NCBI GenBank assembly: GCA_016930515.1
Contig: JAFGGO010000061.1
Location: forward strand, 32,001 to 96,000
DNA length: 64,000 nucleotides
Origin: Promethearchaeota archaeon
Lineage (GTDB): Archaea > Asgardarchaeota > Lokiarchaeia > Sigyniarchaeales > SOKP01
Direction: 5' to 3'
The notes beneath the pieces were generated by a model. That model was not told the DNA's origin. It was given only the letters and a program-made list of their open reading frames with translations, and did not search any database. Shown piece by piece: positions 10,096 through 19,626 of this stretch. The first letter of the stretch is position 1; each line of letters starts with the position of its first letter. The position numbers and the translations under genes are program-made.

Positions 10096-10935
10096 ATGTC
10101 AAGCCTCGAAATTCTTGAACAAGACGATTACAATTTAGTATTTGTGCTTGAGGGTATTTCAATCGAGATGGTAAACGCCATTCGAAGAATAATGTTAACT
10201 GAAATTCCCGTCATGGCAATAGACGAAGTCATCATTCTAAAAAATGATAGCCCTCTTTACGACGAAATAGTTTCTCATCGTCTTGGAATGATACCCTTGA
10301 AAACCGATTTAGACGCTTATAGGCTTCCGAGCGAATGTGAGTGTGATGGATTTGGCTGTCCCCTTTGTCAAGTTTCTTTAACTTGCGAAATTCAAAACAC
10401 TTCAAACTCGCCCATCACGGTCTTTTCGGGAGATTTAAAATCAAACGATCCCGTGATCGTGCCCGTGTCCCCCGATATTCCAATTTTAAAAATTGATAAA
10501 AACAATAGCGTGATAATCGAGGCATATGCTAAATTGGGTCACGCAAGAGAGCACATGAAATGGCAGGCAGTATCGAACGTTCATTTCCGATTGTATCCAA
10601 AAGTAGATTTTGACGATTCCAAATGTGCAAAATGTCAGGATAAATGTGTTGTATCTAGACTGTGTCCTAAAAATTTATATGATTTCTCGGACAAGAAAAC
10701 ACCAAAGCTTGAAAAAGATTATTGGAAAACTTGCGATCTATGCAATGCCTGCCGGGATGCTTGCCCAGAAAAGGCCATTAAATTAGGAAAAATTAAAGAT
10801 AAGTATATTTTCGTCGTTGAAAGCGATGGAGTATTACCTTTCGATATTGTTATTAAGAAAACTTTTGAAATTTTTAACGAAAAAATTCGCGAGTTCGAAG
10901 AAAAATTGGAAGAAGTTGAAATCCAAGAACCCTAA
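10096..10935 (+). CDS. rpoD: RNA polymerase subunit D (Rpo3) with Zn loop and ferredoxin-like insert
   Basis: NAIRRIML, DEIVSHRLGMIPL, CECDGFGCPLC, EHMKWQ, CDLCNACRDACP, VESDG. Confidence 0.96.
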   Translation: MSSLEILEQDDYNLVFVLEGISIEMVNAIRRIMLTEIPVMAIDEVIILKNDSPLYDEIVSHRLGMIPLKTDLDAYRLPSECECDGFGCPLCQVSLTCEIQNTSNSPITVFSGDLKSNDPVIVPVSPDIPILKIDKNNSVIIEAYAKLGHAREHMKWQAVSNVHFRLYPKVDFDDSKCAKCQDKCVVSRLCPKNLYDFSDKKTPKLEKDYWKTCDLCNACRDACPEKAIKLGKIKDKYIFVVESDGVLPFDIVIKKTFEIFNEKIREFEEKLEEVEIQEP

Positions 10936-11021
10936 AATTTTCTATTTGAAGCTATATCAAAAAATTATTAAAATATCACATATTATCATCATTATCAATT
11001 TAAATGTGAAGTGTATCATAA

Positions 11022-11378
11022 ATGAGTCATCGCATAACAGGTCCATCTGACTATTACAACCGAAAACTTATAAGAGACTTGTGGAAGACGAAAAGAAGGA
11101 TTTGGAGAAATATTAGTAAGAAGTTGTCCAATTCGAGACGCCTCCGAGTCGAAGCAAACCTATACCGAATAAACAATAAAACAAAAAAAGACGATGTCAT
11201 CGTAATCCCAGGAAAAGTATTGGGCAATGGTGACCTGACTCACAAGCTTACAATATCGTGTTTAGATTGTTCTGAGTCTGCAAAGAAGAAGATCGAGCAA
11301 TCCGGGAGCAAGCTTCTTTCCATTGACGAGCTCTTAGAGCAAAATCCTACGGGGAAAAATGTGAAAATATTTTATTAG
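11022..11378 (+). CDS. rpl18e: 50S ribosomal protein eL18
   Basis: IWRNISKKL, NLYRIN, VIPGKVLGNG, NPTGKNV; position after rpoD. Confidence 0.95.
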   Translation: MSHRITGPSDYYNRKLIRDLWKTKRRIWRNISKKLSNSRRLRVEANLYRINNKTKKDDVIVIPGKVLGNGDLTHKLTISCLDCSESAKKKIEQSGSKLLSIDELLEQNPTGKNVKIFY

Positions 11379-11403
11379 AAATAAGGAACGAGAAGAACAA
11401 ATC

Positions 11404-11874
11404 ATGCAAGAACATCTATTATTAGACGCAACGAACCAAATTCTAGGGAGATTTTGCAGTCAAGTAGCCAAGAAAGTGCTTTTAGGAGAAAATGTGGTCA
11501 TAATTAATGCTAAACACGCAATAATTAGTGGAAACAAGAGAAATATTCACGAAAAATTCTTAGCACGCTTAGAAATAAGTACGGCTACTAATCCAACTCG
11601 AGGCCCTTTCTGGCCAAGACGTCCCGACACCTTAATGCGGAGCATCATTAAAAAAATGCTTCCAAGGAAAAAGAGAAGGGGAAAAGAAGCTATAAGAAGA
11701 GTCCACATATATATCACCGATATTCCAGAAAGATTTAAAAATCGATATCAAAAACTCGTACCTGGAGAAATTCCAAACGCAGACAAGAAACGACTTTCAT
11801 ATTACAACAAGTTCATCACATTGGAGAATTTATGTTCTCGTATTGGATGGAACAATCAGCAACTTGAGGTATAA
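11404..11874 (+). CDS. rpl13: 50S ribosomal protein uL13
   Basis: LDATNQILGRFCSQVAK, GPFWPRRPD, KMLPRK. Confidence 0.95.
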   Translation: MQEHLLLDATNQILGRFCSQVAKKVLLGENVVIINAKHAIISGNKRNIHEKFLARLEISTATNPTRGPFWPRRPDTLMRSIIKKMLPRKKRRGKEAIRRVHIYITDIPERFKNRYQKLVPGEIPNADKKRLSYYNKFITLENLCSRIGWNNQQLEV

Positions 11875-11879
11875 AATAA

Positions 11880-12296
11880 ATGTCAACGAAAAGCAAGGTC
11901 ATACAAGCAAGCGGAAAGAGAAAAACAGCCGTTGCACGTGCTGTCCTGCATTATCCCGCTAAAGGCATTATTAAAATAAATAACGTCCCCTTAGACTTAT
12001 ATGAACCCGAAATCGAAAAACTCAGGATAAAAGAAGTTTTGGAAATCGTAAATCATCCAAAAATGGAAAAGGCAGATATTTCCATTAAAGTGACTGGTGG
12101 AGGACGCAAGGGACAGACTGAGGCTGTAAGAATGGCCATGGCAAAAGCGCTACACAAGCTCATAGGAACAAAAACTATCGAACGCATGTTTCGAGAATAC
12201 GATAACTCCCTTCTAAGCGGTGATTCGAGACGAACAGAACCAAAAAAGTTCGGTGGCAAGAAGGCGAGGGCAAGACGCCAAAAATCATTTAGGTAA
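11880..12296 (+). CDS. rps9: 30S ribosomal protein uS9
   Basis: GKRKTAVARA, GGGRKGQ, RRTEPKKFGGKKARARRQKSFR. Confidence 0.97.
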   Translation: MSTKSKVIQASGKRKTAVARAVLHYPAKGIIKINNVPLDLYEPEIEKLRIKEVLEIVNHPKMEKADISIKVTGGGRKGQTEAVRMAMAKALHKLIGTKTIERMFREYDNSLLSGDSRRTEPKKFGGKKARARRQKSFR

Positions 12297-12343
12297 GGCT
12301 TGTTATTTCTATTTTGTACAACTCTTTAAATAAATAAAAACAA

Positions 12344-13726
12344 TTAAATCTCATCTACATGATAGAGATTAATATTTGTACCTAAATTTTGAAAGTGTTC
12401 AATGAAATTAGGATAAGAATCTCCTACAATGTCAGCACGTTTTATTAAAGATGGAGAATCCGCATGCATTGCTGCTACGAAACACGCCATTGCAATTCTA
12501 TGGTCATCCTCGTGATCTATCTCAGAAGCTTTTAAAGTATTACAGTGATAAACAATCATTTTATTTGATTCTTCTTCAATCTTCACACCCATCTTAGTTA
12601 ATTCACGAGCCATCACGGCAACACGATCGCTTTCTTTTTTTCGTATGTGGGACAGGTTGTATAATTCGGTATTTCCTTCGGCAATAGCACCCACGACAGA
12701 AAGTATTGGGAAAAGATCGGGTGTTTCGAGGCAATCAATTTTAATTCCGTGTAGTGGATATTTATTTCGATTACCAATGACGATTACTTGCTTTTTATCG
12801 ATGTCTACTTCGATGTGCGCACCCATTTCTCGCAATAATTCAATTATTCTTTTATCACCTTGAGAACGCGCGTAATCCATATTTCTGATAACTACCAACG
12901 ATTCTTCGGTTGTTAACGCCGTTGCGGCGATCACAAATGCTGCAGACGAAAAATCTCCTGGAACTTCATACACCCGAGGTCTTATCTGTTGATTGCATGG
13001 AACGGAATAAGTTCCTATTCTTTTATCGTCTAATCGTTCGAATACGGTTATTCCAAACGACCTTAAGGCGTCTAAAGTTATTTGTATGTAAGGATAAGAA
13101 ACCAAGGGCGTGGTTATCTCAATTTCAACATATTTTTGTTCCCCACACGATAATTTCGTTGCCATTATTAGCAAGGCTGTTATGAATTGGGAGCTTATAT
13201 CTCCTTTAATCGAGATTTTATCGCACTTTGAACTCGTTCTTTGAATTTTCAAAAGATTTTCCGAAAATTCGTATTCCCCTCCTACATAATTAAGTGCATT
13301 TAACAATTCGGCAATTGGCCGCTTTCGCTTTAAAAACTCTCCCGTAAACGAAAGACCACCTTTAACCAATAAGGCAAGGGCGCTGAAAATCCGTATAGAT
13401 GTACCAGAATTCTTGCAATCAATGACTTTCTCAATCGACTTGTACGATGATTGGTCCCTTTTAATCACGACTTTGTTATCCGATAGTGGTAAAATATTAA
13501 CGCCTAAAGATTTTAAAATATCTATAGTCACGCTGACGTCTCCCGAAATCAAGGGATTTTTCACGATTGAAACGCCTTCAGCAAAACTAGCTATTATGAA
13601 CGCCCTATGAGAGTAGCTTTTTGAACCAGGTATGTATATTTCTCCGTTGAGTTTTGGCGTTGGATTAATTACAACATCCATCAAATTATTAGTAGGACAT
13701 TCTACTAAATTAATTTTAGCATTCAT
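12344..13726 (-). CDS. aroA: 3-phosphoshikimate 1-carboxyvinyltransferase (EPSP synthase)
   Basis: PGSKSYSHRA, NSGTSIR, SSQFITAL, KESDRV, DHRIAM. Confidence 0.96.
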   Translation of the reverse strand: MNAKINLVECPTNNLMDVVINPTPKLNGEIYIPGSKSYSHRAFIIASFAEGVSIVKNPLISGDVSVTIDILKSLGVNILPLSDNKVVIKRDQSSYKSIEKVIDCKNSGTSIRIFSALALLVKGGLSFTGEFLKRKRPIAELLNALNYVGGEYEFSENLLKIQRTSSKCDKISIKGDISSQFITALLIMATKLSCGEQKYVEIEITTPLVSYPYIQITLDALRSFGITVFERLDDKRIGTYSVPCNQQIRPRVYEVPGDFSSAAFVIAATALTTEESLVVIRNMDYARSQGDKRIIELLREMGAHIEVDIDKKQVIVIGNRNKYPLHGIKIDCLETPDLFPILSVVGAIAEGNTELYNLSHIRKKESDRVAVMARELTKMGVKIEEESNKMIVYHCNTLKASEIDHEDDHRIAMACFVAAMHADSPSLIKRADIVGDSYPNFIEHFQNLGTNINLYHVDEI

Positions 13727-14060
13727 TTTGATATGATTAATAATGATAATTATACTTCTTTGAATTAAATCGAATAAATCAAATTCGCGTCTTTATGTGG
13801 TAAGTGTGAATTTTCTTTCTTTTTATATTGCTTCTTTAACCTACTTAAAATAAAATTAACAAATTACTCTTAATTGGATTTATGTTAGAAATTTGATCTG
13901 TTTATATCAAAACATTTTTGAGGATTATTTTCGTGAAGCGAGCTATAAGACGAAAAAGTAATTTCAAATAAGGACCTATAATAAGAGATTCTAAGGGGAA
14001 ATTTGAATTTTAGAAAAGAATTACCAGGACATTAAATATAAATGATATGATTTTGATTTA

Positions 14061-16007
14061 CTATCTTTTTGGAATTTTAATATATTCTCTTAAGCTTTTA
14101 AAATTATTCAAATTAAAGTGAGGGAAATACATGGCCTCGGCAAACTCTCGTTGAAATTCGGCTCTCGATGCTAATTCAAGGTATTTTACTTGTTTGGAAA
14201 GATTCAAGGCTTTTTTTCTAAGATCCTTGTTAATCAATAAGTATTGCGCTCCAATACCCGCTGCGTTTCCTATTTGAAATATTTTCTCGATAGGAATGTC
14301 TGGAATCATGCCAATGAATCTTGCGTTTTCTTTACTTATATAATTTCCGAAAGCTCCGGCCAAGAAGATTTGCTCGATATTCGCTTTAGATTCTTCTAGT
14401 TGATTGAGGTAATTTAGAATGATTTTTGCTCCTGAATAGAAAGCACCTTTAGCCATCTGAATTTGCCTGACATCATCAAGCGATATAGTAATTGCTTTTT
14501 TTAAATTCGTGTGTTTTTTCTTCACAACTACGAATTCAGCCCCATTCTCGGTTTCAACAAAATGACCGGTATTCAAGAATTCCTTGTTGAAATTACCACT
14601 TCTTGTAAGGAGCTTGACCTTTAAAAGTTCCGCAATCAAATCTATCAGGCCCGAACCGCATATTCCAATGGGATTCTTGTTATAAATGGTGGTATAATCG
14701 ACTTCGTAAGTCCGGGGATCTATTTTTACCGTGTCTATTGCACCTGCCGCTGCTCTCATACCATTTTTAATGTGTGCTCCTTCTAAGGCAGATCCTGCTG
14801 CGCAAGAAGATGTTATTATATTTTTCTGGTTTCCCACAATGATCTCTCCGTTCGTTCCTATGTCTATTGCTAGAGTTAAATCTTCTTCTTGTTCGATTTC
14901 AGACGAGATCATGACACCCATGGTATCCGCACCAACGAATCCCGCTATGAGCGGTGCAATATACACATTGCCAAATGGGCAGATATTCAAGTTTATCTCT
15001 CTTGCCTTGATGTTTAGATCGCTTTTAAAGACAGGAACATAGGGACTACGACCGATGTGTATGGGATCCACTCCCAAAAAGATGTGGTGCATAACGGGAT
15101 TTCCCACGACTGATGCCTCGTAAATTTGAGAAGATAATATTCCAACAACAGAACAAGTCTCGTGAATTATGTCGTTTAAAGCCTTATCAACTGCATCTTT
15201 CATTAGGGCAAGACCTTTTTTTTTTTCAATTCCGTAGTAAATACGAGCAATCACATCTTCACCGAAGGCTGTTTGCGGATTGAGCCGGGAACCGATGGCA
15301 CGAATCTTGCCATCCTCAAGGTTAATTAAATAACCTACAATAGTTGTTGTCCCTATATCAAATGCAATGCCATAATTATCTTCTGTCGTGTTTCCACCTT
15401 CACAATCGATGATCTCGCAATCGTTCCAAATGCTCAGCGTGATTTCATGGTTATTTTTTCGCAAAATCGAAGGAATTTTCCGTAATGATGCCACATTGAT
15501 CTCTTTTAATGTTTTTAAGCTAGACTTACGAATTAATGAAGCTAAAATCCTTTCAAGATCAGGCAAGGGGGATTCCAAGGACGGCTCGTCGACTTTAATA
15601 TATATTTTTTTTATGGTTGGATTGATTTTGATCTCCCTGTTAATTCCAGATGTGAGTATATTAAAATCTTCTAAGAGTAATTCATCTGGCAAATATATTC
15701 TAACTTTTTGAGGACCTTTGATGGTATTAGCGTTGATTTCTCCATTAATAACGCATTGACAAGCTAACCTCCAACCATCTTTGAGTTCCTCAACACTAAG
15801 ATTTTTTTTTTCGGAAGCGGTAGATTGATTCGTGTATTCTAATCCTTTTTCAACCAAAACCTTGCATTTACCACAAGAACCCTTTCCACCACAGAAAGAT
15901 TTTATACTAATCCCAATCTCATGAAGTAATTCAAATGCAGTTTTCCTCCCAGAAAGAAAGACCCTACGAGATATGGGTTCGAAATCGATGATAATATTTT
16001 TATTCAT
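14061..16007 (-). CDS. ASKHA-type reductive activator of corrinoid proteins (RACo/AcsV/DUF4445) with N-terminal 2Fe-2S domain
   Basis: CGGKGSCGKC...RLACQ, DIGTTT, FGEDVIARI, DIGTNGE, GICGSG, LAGAFG, GNAAG. Confidence 0.93.
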   Translation of the reverse strand: MNKNIIIDFEPISRRVFLSGRKTAFELLHEIGISIKSFCGGKGSCGKCKVLVEKGLEYTNQSTASEKKNLSVEELKDGWRLACQCVINGEINANTIKGPQKVRIYLPDELLLEDFNILTSGINREIKINPTIKKIYIKVDEPSLESPLPDLERILASLIRKSSLKTLKEINVASLRKIPSILRKNNHEITLSIWNDCEIIDCEGGNTTEDNYGIAFDIGTTTIVGYLINLEDGKIRAIGSRLNPQTAFGEDVIARIYYGIEKKKGLALMKDAVDKALNDIIHETCSVVGILSSQIYEASVVGNPVMHHIFLGVDPIHIGRSPYVPVFKSDLNIKAREINLNICPFGNVYIAPLIAGFVGADTMGVMISSEIEQEEDLTLAIDIGTNGEIIVGNQKNIITSSCAAGSALEGAHIKNGMRAAAGAIDTVKIDPRTYEVDYTTIYNKNPIGICGSGLIDLIAELLKVKLLTRSGNFNKEFLNTGHFVETENGAEFVVVKKKHTNLKKAITISLDDVRQIQMAKGAFYSGAKIILNYLNQLEESKANIEQIFLAGAFGNYISKENARFIGMIPDIPIEKIFQIGNAAGIGAQYLLINKDLRKKALNLSKQVKYLELASRAEFQREFAEAMYFPHFNLNNFKSLREYIKIPKR

Positions 16008-16143
16008 CAGCTTTGGAAATGAACCTTTTGAATTTGAATTTACCTACTATAAAAACGATATTAATTACTTCGCAGGAAAGTGAAGTTTTTTTTAAATGAC
16101 ATCTATTCTTAAAATAGAATTAATAAAAATTCGAGTTTGAGCA

Positions 16144-17253
16144 ATGGGAGACAATACAATTGGGACGAGATTTAAAATCACTTCTTTTGGAGAAAGCCAC
16201 GGAAAGGTCGTTGGGATTGTGATTGACGGAACCCCTGCTGGGTTAGAGCTTGACATTAATTTCTTACTTTCTGAGCTTGAAAAAAGAAAAACAAGTCAGT
16301 CAAGTTTAACAACAAGTAGGGAAGAACCTGATATCCCCGAAATATTATCGGGAATGCTTGATGGTAAAACAACAGGAGCCCCCATATGCTTGATCATACA
16401 TAATAAAGATGTAGATTCTTCAAAATACGAGAAATATAAGGATTTTTTGAGACCGTCCCAAATTGACTATTCTTTATTAAAAAAGCAAGGGGGTTTTGGC
16501 GATTTTAGGGGATCAGGGCGATTCTCGGGAAGGTTAACGGCAGGTTTTGTCATGGCGGGGGCAATTGCAAAGCAAGTATTACAAAAATACGGCATTTCCG
16601 TCTTCTCCTACACTAAACGCATTGGAACCATTAGCGACGAAACAGTTTATGATGTAAGAAATCTTTACAACTTGTTTGAATTAAGAGAAAATTCCTTAGT
16701 GAGAGCTTTAGACCACGAATTGTCTAAAAAAATGGAGAATTCGATAAAAAAAGTTAAATTGGAAAAGGATTCACTAGGAGGAGTTATTAAATGTGTTGTT
16801 TCAGGATTGCCCGAGGGTGTTGGGGGCCCAATGTTTAACAGCATCGAATCAAACTTGGCAAAAGCCATTTTTTCGATCCCTGCGGTCAAGGGAATAGAAT
16901 TTGGGGCAGGATTTAAAGCCACTACGATGAAAGGTTCTGAACACAACGATCCCTGGGTCGTTAAGGATGGAAAAATAACAACTTTAAAAAATGATTCGGG
17001 AGGCATTATTGGAGGTATTTCTATAGGTACACCTATAGAATTTAATGTTGGTTTTAAACCCACACCAACAATTGGAAAGTTACAAAAAACAGTGAGGCTC
17101 AGCACGATGGAACCCGTTGAAATGGCATTTTCCGGTAGGCATGATCCTTGCATCGTGCCTAGAGCTGTTGTAGTTGTCGAAGCGATGACCGCAATTGTAA
17201 TTCTTGACTTCTTGTTACTTGAAGGAAAGATACCTACGGTCTTGAAACCCTAA
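16144..17253 (+). CDS. aroC: Chorismate synthase
   Basis: FGESHG, SGRLTA, SIPAVKGIEFG, KPTPTI, GRHDPCIVPRA. Confidence 0.97.
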   Translation: MGDNTIGTRFKITSFGESHGKVVGIVIDGTPAGLELDINFLLSELEKRKTSQSSLTTSREEPDIPEILSGMLDGKTTGAPICLIIHNKDVDSSKYEKYKDFLRPSQIDYSLLKKQGGFGDFRGSGRFSGRLTAGFVMAGAIAKQVLQKYGISVFSYTKRIGTISDETVYDVRNLYNLFELRENSLVRALDHELSKKMENSIKKVKLEKDSLGGVIKCVVSGLPEGVGGPMFNSIESNLAKAIFSIPAVKGIEFGAGFKATTMKGSEHNDPWVVKDGKITTLKNDSGGIIGGISIGTPIEFNVGFKPTPTIGKLQKTVRLSTMEPVEMAFSGRHDPCIVPRAVVVVEAMTAIVILDFLLLEGKIPTVLKP

Positions 17254-17618
17254 CTGTGGATAGTAATTGTTAGTAAAATGTTTTTCAAGCATAAATCATA
17301 AAAGTGGAATAAAAAAGGTTGATAATCTTGCGATAAAAGAAGTTCATAGAATAAGTCAATTGAATTATAGATGCTCGTTTGAACTATGTGTGTTTTACGA
17401 TAATGGAAGCTTGAAAACAATCGATGGTATATTGGATTTTAAATATTATCTTTATAAAAAAAGATCACTAAGGGTCTTTAATTGGGCGAAATTTACGATT
17501 ATCGAGAAAAGAAAGAAAATTCTGAAGAATAAACTCGTTAATTTATTCATAATTTTCAGATAATTTTTATACATTCAGAACCTTAATAAATATTAAAAAA
17601 AAATTGGAAATGTAAAAG

Positions 17619-17846
17619 ATGAGCAAAAAAATCGATACTAGTGGTCAATTTATTGAATTTTACAAGAAAAAAGGAGATTATCTCGTTGAACTTTCGAACA
17701 ACCATCTCATGAACAAGGAATATAAAAAATCTCTTGAATTGTTAAGTCAAGCTTTCGCAATGTACGAAAAAGGCGGAGCAAACGAATTAGCGGAACAAAC
17801 AAAAGCTAAATTTAATGAAATTAAGGCCAAATATTTTAAAAAATAA
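17619..17846 (+). CDS. Small helical (TPR/SNAP-like hairpin) hypothetical protein
   Basis: 75 aa, YKKSLELLSQAFAMYEKGG pattern; clean ATG start. Confidence 0.65.
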   Translation: MSKKIDTSGQFIEFYKKKGDYLVELSNNHLMNKEYKKSLELLSQAFAMYEKGGANELAEQTKAKFNEIKAKYFKK

Positions 17847-17847
17847 A

Positions 17848-18333
17848 TTAATCTTCCATATCACTCAAATGGATTTTAATTTTTTCGATATGTGAACCTT
17901 TCCAGTAGATTTTATTACAATTTGGATTTGAGCAAGTAAAAAATTCGTTGTAAGAACGATATGTCTCTGGTTTGATTATGTCTTTTATAGCATCTTTCTT
18001 TAGAATTTTTTTTAGTAAAGAATTGCAAGCTGAGCACCTAGCTTTTTCTATTGAAAAATCTAATTTCAGACCTAACATTTCTTTGAGATAAATTAGATTT
18101 TTATAAGGATCCAATTCTTCTAGGTAAATACAACTTTTACCAGCTCTTTTAAAAAAAGGAAGGTCTCGAGTAAGAATAATTCTATTAGATTTTAGCGCAA
18201 ATTCAAGAAGTTTGGAATCTGGAGCAGAAGGTTCGACCTGTTCGGCATAAATTGTATCAAATCCAAATATTCTTAACAATCGAGCGAGTTTCCCGACCAT
18301 CGCATCGCATAAAAAAGTCACTTCCTCGGTCAT
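17848..18333 (-). CDS. Mut7-C RNase domain (PIN-like) protein
   Basis: DAMVGKLARLLRIFGFD, LTRD, RCSACN, CxxxxCNKIYWKGSH. Confidence 0.92.
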   Translation of the reverse strand: MTEEVTFLCDAMVGKLARLLRIFGFDTIYAEQVEPSAPDSKLLEFALKSNRIILTRDLPFFKRAGKSCIYLEELDPYKNLIYLKEMLGLKLDFSIEKARCSACNSLLKKILKKDAIKDIIKPETYRSYNEFFTCSNPNCNKIYWKGSHIEKIKIHLSDMED

Positions 18334-18445
18334 GATAATAATACTTATTTTTCAGATTTAAGTTAAAAAATATAACTTCAAATTTAATGATAATGACGGA
18401 AATTTATGATATATCTTGATATAGGATAATTGATTTTTATTAATT

Positions 18446-18997
18446 ATGGAATTAAGGATGAATGATCTCGTTGAAAAAGCCGTCAACTTTCATGGCCATC
18501 TATGTCCTGGTCTATTAATAGGAGTTCTTGCGTCTAAATATGTGCTTGAGCACGGTAACGATTTTTCCCTGGACGAAGAACTTGCCGCGATTGTAGAAAA
18601 CGATAACTGTAGTGTTGATGCCCTTCAAGCATTACTTGGAACCACATTTGGGAAAGGAAATCTAATATTCCGCGATTATGGAAAAAATAATTATACAATT
18701 TTCAATCGAACGAATAATAAAGTAATGAAACTAAGCGTTAAAGCCAGGAATTTTGGACAAGCAACACTCACAAGGGAGGAACGACTCGAACAGCTATTAA
18801 AATCCTCACCAGAAGAGATATTTGAAATAACATATTCAGCTGAAATTCCTCCCGAGAAAGCTCATATACACGAATCCATCAAATGTGATAATTGTGGAGA
18901 GCCTACGATGAGCACTCGGATACGGGAATTGAGAGAGAAAAGAGTATGCATTCCGTGTTACGAGAAGTTGAATATGGGAGTTTTTGATATTAAATAA
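18446..18997 (+). CDS. fmdE: FmdE family protein with C-terminal zinc finger
   Basis: FHGHLCPG, ENDNCSVDALQ, TFGKGNL, CDNCGE...CIPC. Confidence 0.92.
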   Translation: MELRMNDLVEKAVNFHGHLCPGLLIGVLASKYVLEHGNDFSLDEELAAIVENDNCSVDALQALLGTTFGKGNLIFRDYGKNNYTIFNRTNNKVMKLSVKARNFGQATLTREERLEQLLKSSPEEIFEITYSAEIPPEKAHIHESIKCDNCGEPTMSTRIRELREKRVCIPCYEKLNMGVFDIK

Positions 18998-19101
18998 TTC
19001 TAATATACATAAAAAATAGGATCCTGACTTTATGAAAGCGTTTATCCAATGTCGAAATTTTTTAAACTCTTATTTAATTACTAAAATTAATTAAGTTTTA
19101 G

Positions 19102-19572
19102 ATGACCTTTAATGGACACCTTCTCAATATGATAATTCGCGAGTTTTCCGAAAAAGATATCGATGAAATAACCGTCTTGATGAAAAAACTTTGTATGCTC
19201 AAGGGACAAGAGTTCGACGAAAGCCGGTGGAGAGATAGCGTGGAAAACAGGCTAAGAAAAGATTCGAAATTAAAGGTCGTCATCGCATTCAATAAAGACA
19301 CTGAAGAAGTCTTGGGAATGGCTCACTTTTCAGTCAGGAACACGGAAAAAGGTTTTCAAATAGGCGTTATCTCAAATCTTATCGTTATTGAAGAAAAACG
19401 ACGAGAAGGAATTGGAGAGAGTTTAATGAGAAAAGGCATAGAATATTTTAGAGAGAACCACATAAATTCCGTGAGACTTGCGCTTAAATCTACTTTAGAT
19501 AACGCAGCAAAAAAATTATTTCTTAAACTCGGTTTTGAACCGATTTTTATGATTTACGAACTAAAACTATAA
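19102..19572 (+). CDS. GNAT family N-acetyltransferase
   Basis: Motif A LIVIEEKRREGIGESLM; AKKLFLKLGF. Confidence 0.9.
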   Translation: MTFNGHLLNMIIREFSEKDIDEITVLMKKLCMLKGQEFDESRWRDSVENRLRKDSKLKVVIAFNKDTEEVLGMAHFSVRNTEKGFQIGVISNLIVIEEKRREGIGESLMRKGIEYFRENHINSVRLALKSTLDNAAKKLFLKLGFEPIFMIYELKL

Positions 19573-19626
19573 TGAAAACATAATTAAATAATAATAACTT
19601 CATACTACAAATAAGAGGATACGACT

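Noticed and set aside
17267-17563. 98-aa plus-strand ORF after aroC
   Set aside because: TTG start, no motif, composition like AT-rich intergenic DNA; cannot support
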